From Antedon mediterranea (taxonomy: Eukaryota > Animalia > Echinodermata): a stretch of 64,000 bases of DNA. Below, in pieces: positions 63,986 through 64,000 of the stretch (within the stretch, counting starts at the first letter, position 1; every line of letters begins with the position of its first letter). Location of the stretch: NCBI RefSeq assembly GCF_964355755.1, contig NC_092672.1, positions 30,138,437 to 30,202,436 of the forward strand, written 5' to 3'. Both the position numbers and the translations under genes were made by a program. Under the pieces are notes generated by a model. That model did not search any database and was not told where the DNA came from. It saw only the letters and a program-made list of their open reading frames with translations.

Positions 63986-64000
63986 TGATTGCCTTCGCGC

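Overview
This is AT-rich animal genomic DNA with GT-AG introns, probably from a marine invertebrate such as an echinoderm (inferred from the MSP130-family gene). Exon models I read by hand, all phase-consistent: an 11-exon MSP130-like gene with a signal peptide and a predicted GPI signal (1515-17647 +), MAD2L2/REV7 (19345-24073 -) head-to-head with SIGMAR1 (24446-26383 +), BCAS2/SPF27 (28479-33237 -), and a 4-exon JHAMT-like SAM methyltransferase (35702-39073 +). Two intronless paralogous SAM-methyltransferase-like genes follow (40818-41762 - intact; 45406-46396 - frameshifted). They share a conserved upstream NF-kB, C/EBP and CRE-like motif module. The 10.9-kb first intron of the MSP130-like gene holds an antisense spliced gene for a single-pass membrane protein and a heavily decayed Polinton/Maverick-type DNA polymerase relic. 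The rest is rich in MITEs, Helentron-type elements, SINEs, two degraded LINEs, a Penelope fragment and a ~97-bp palindromic minisatellite present in opposite orientations. TA-to-TAGGCCTA and TA-to-TACCGTA insertions, which look like transposon excision footprints, pile up next to housekeeping-gene first exons. Family assignments come from motif recognition only, and no database search was run.
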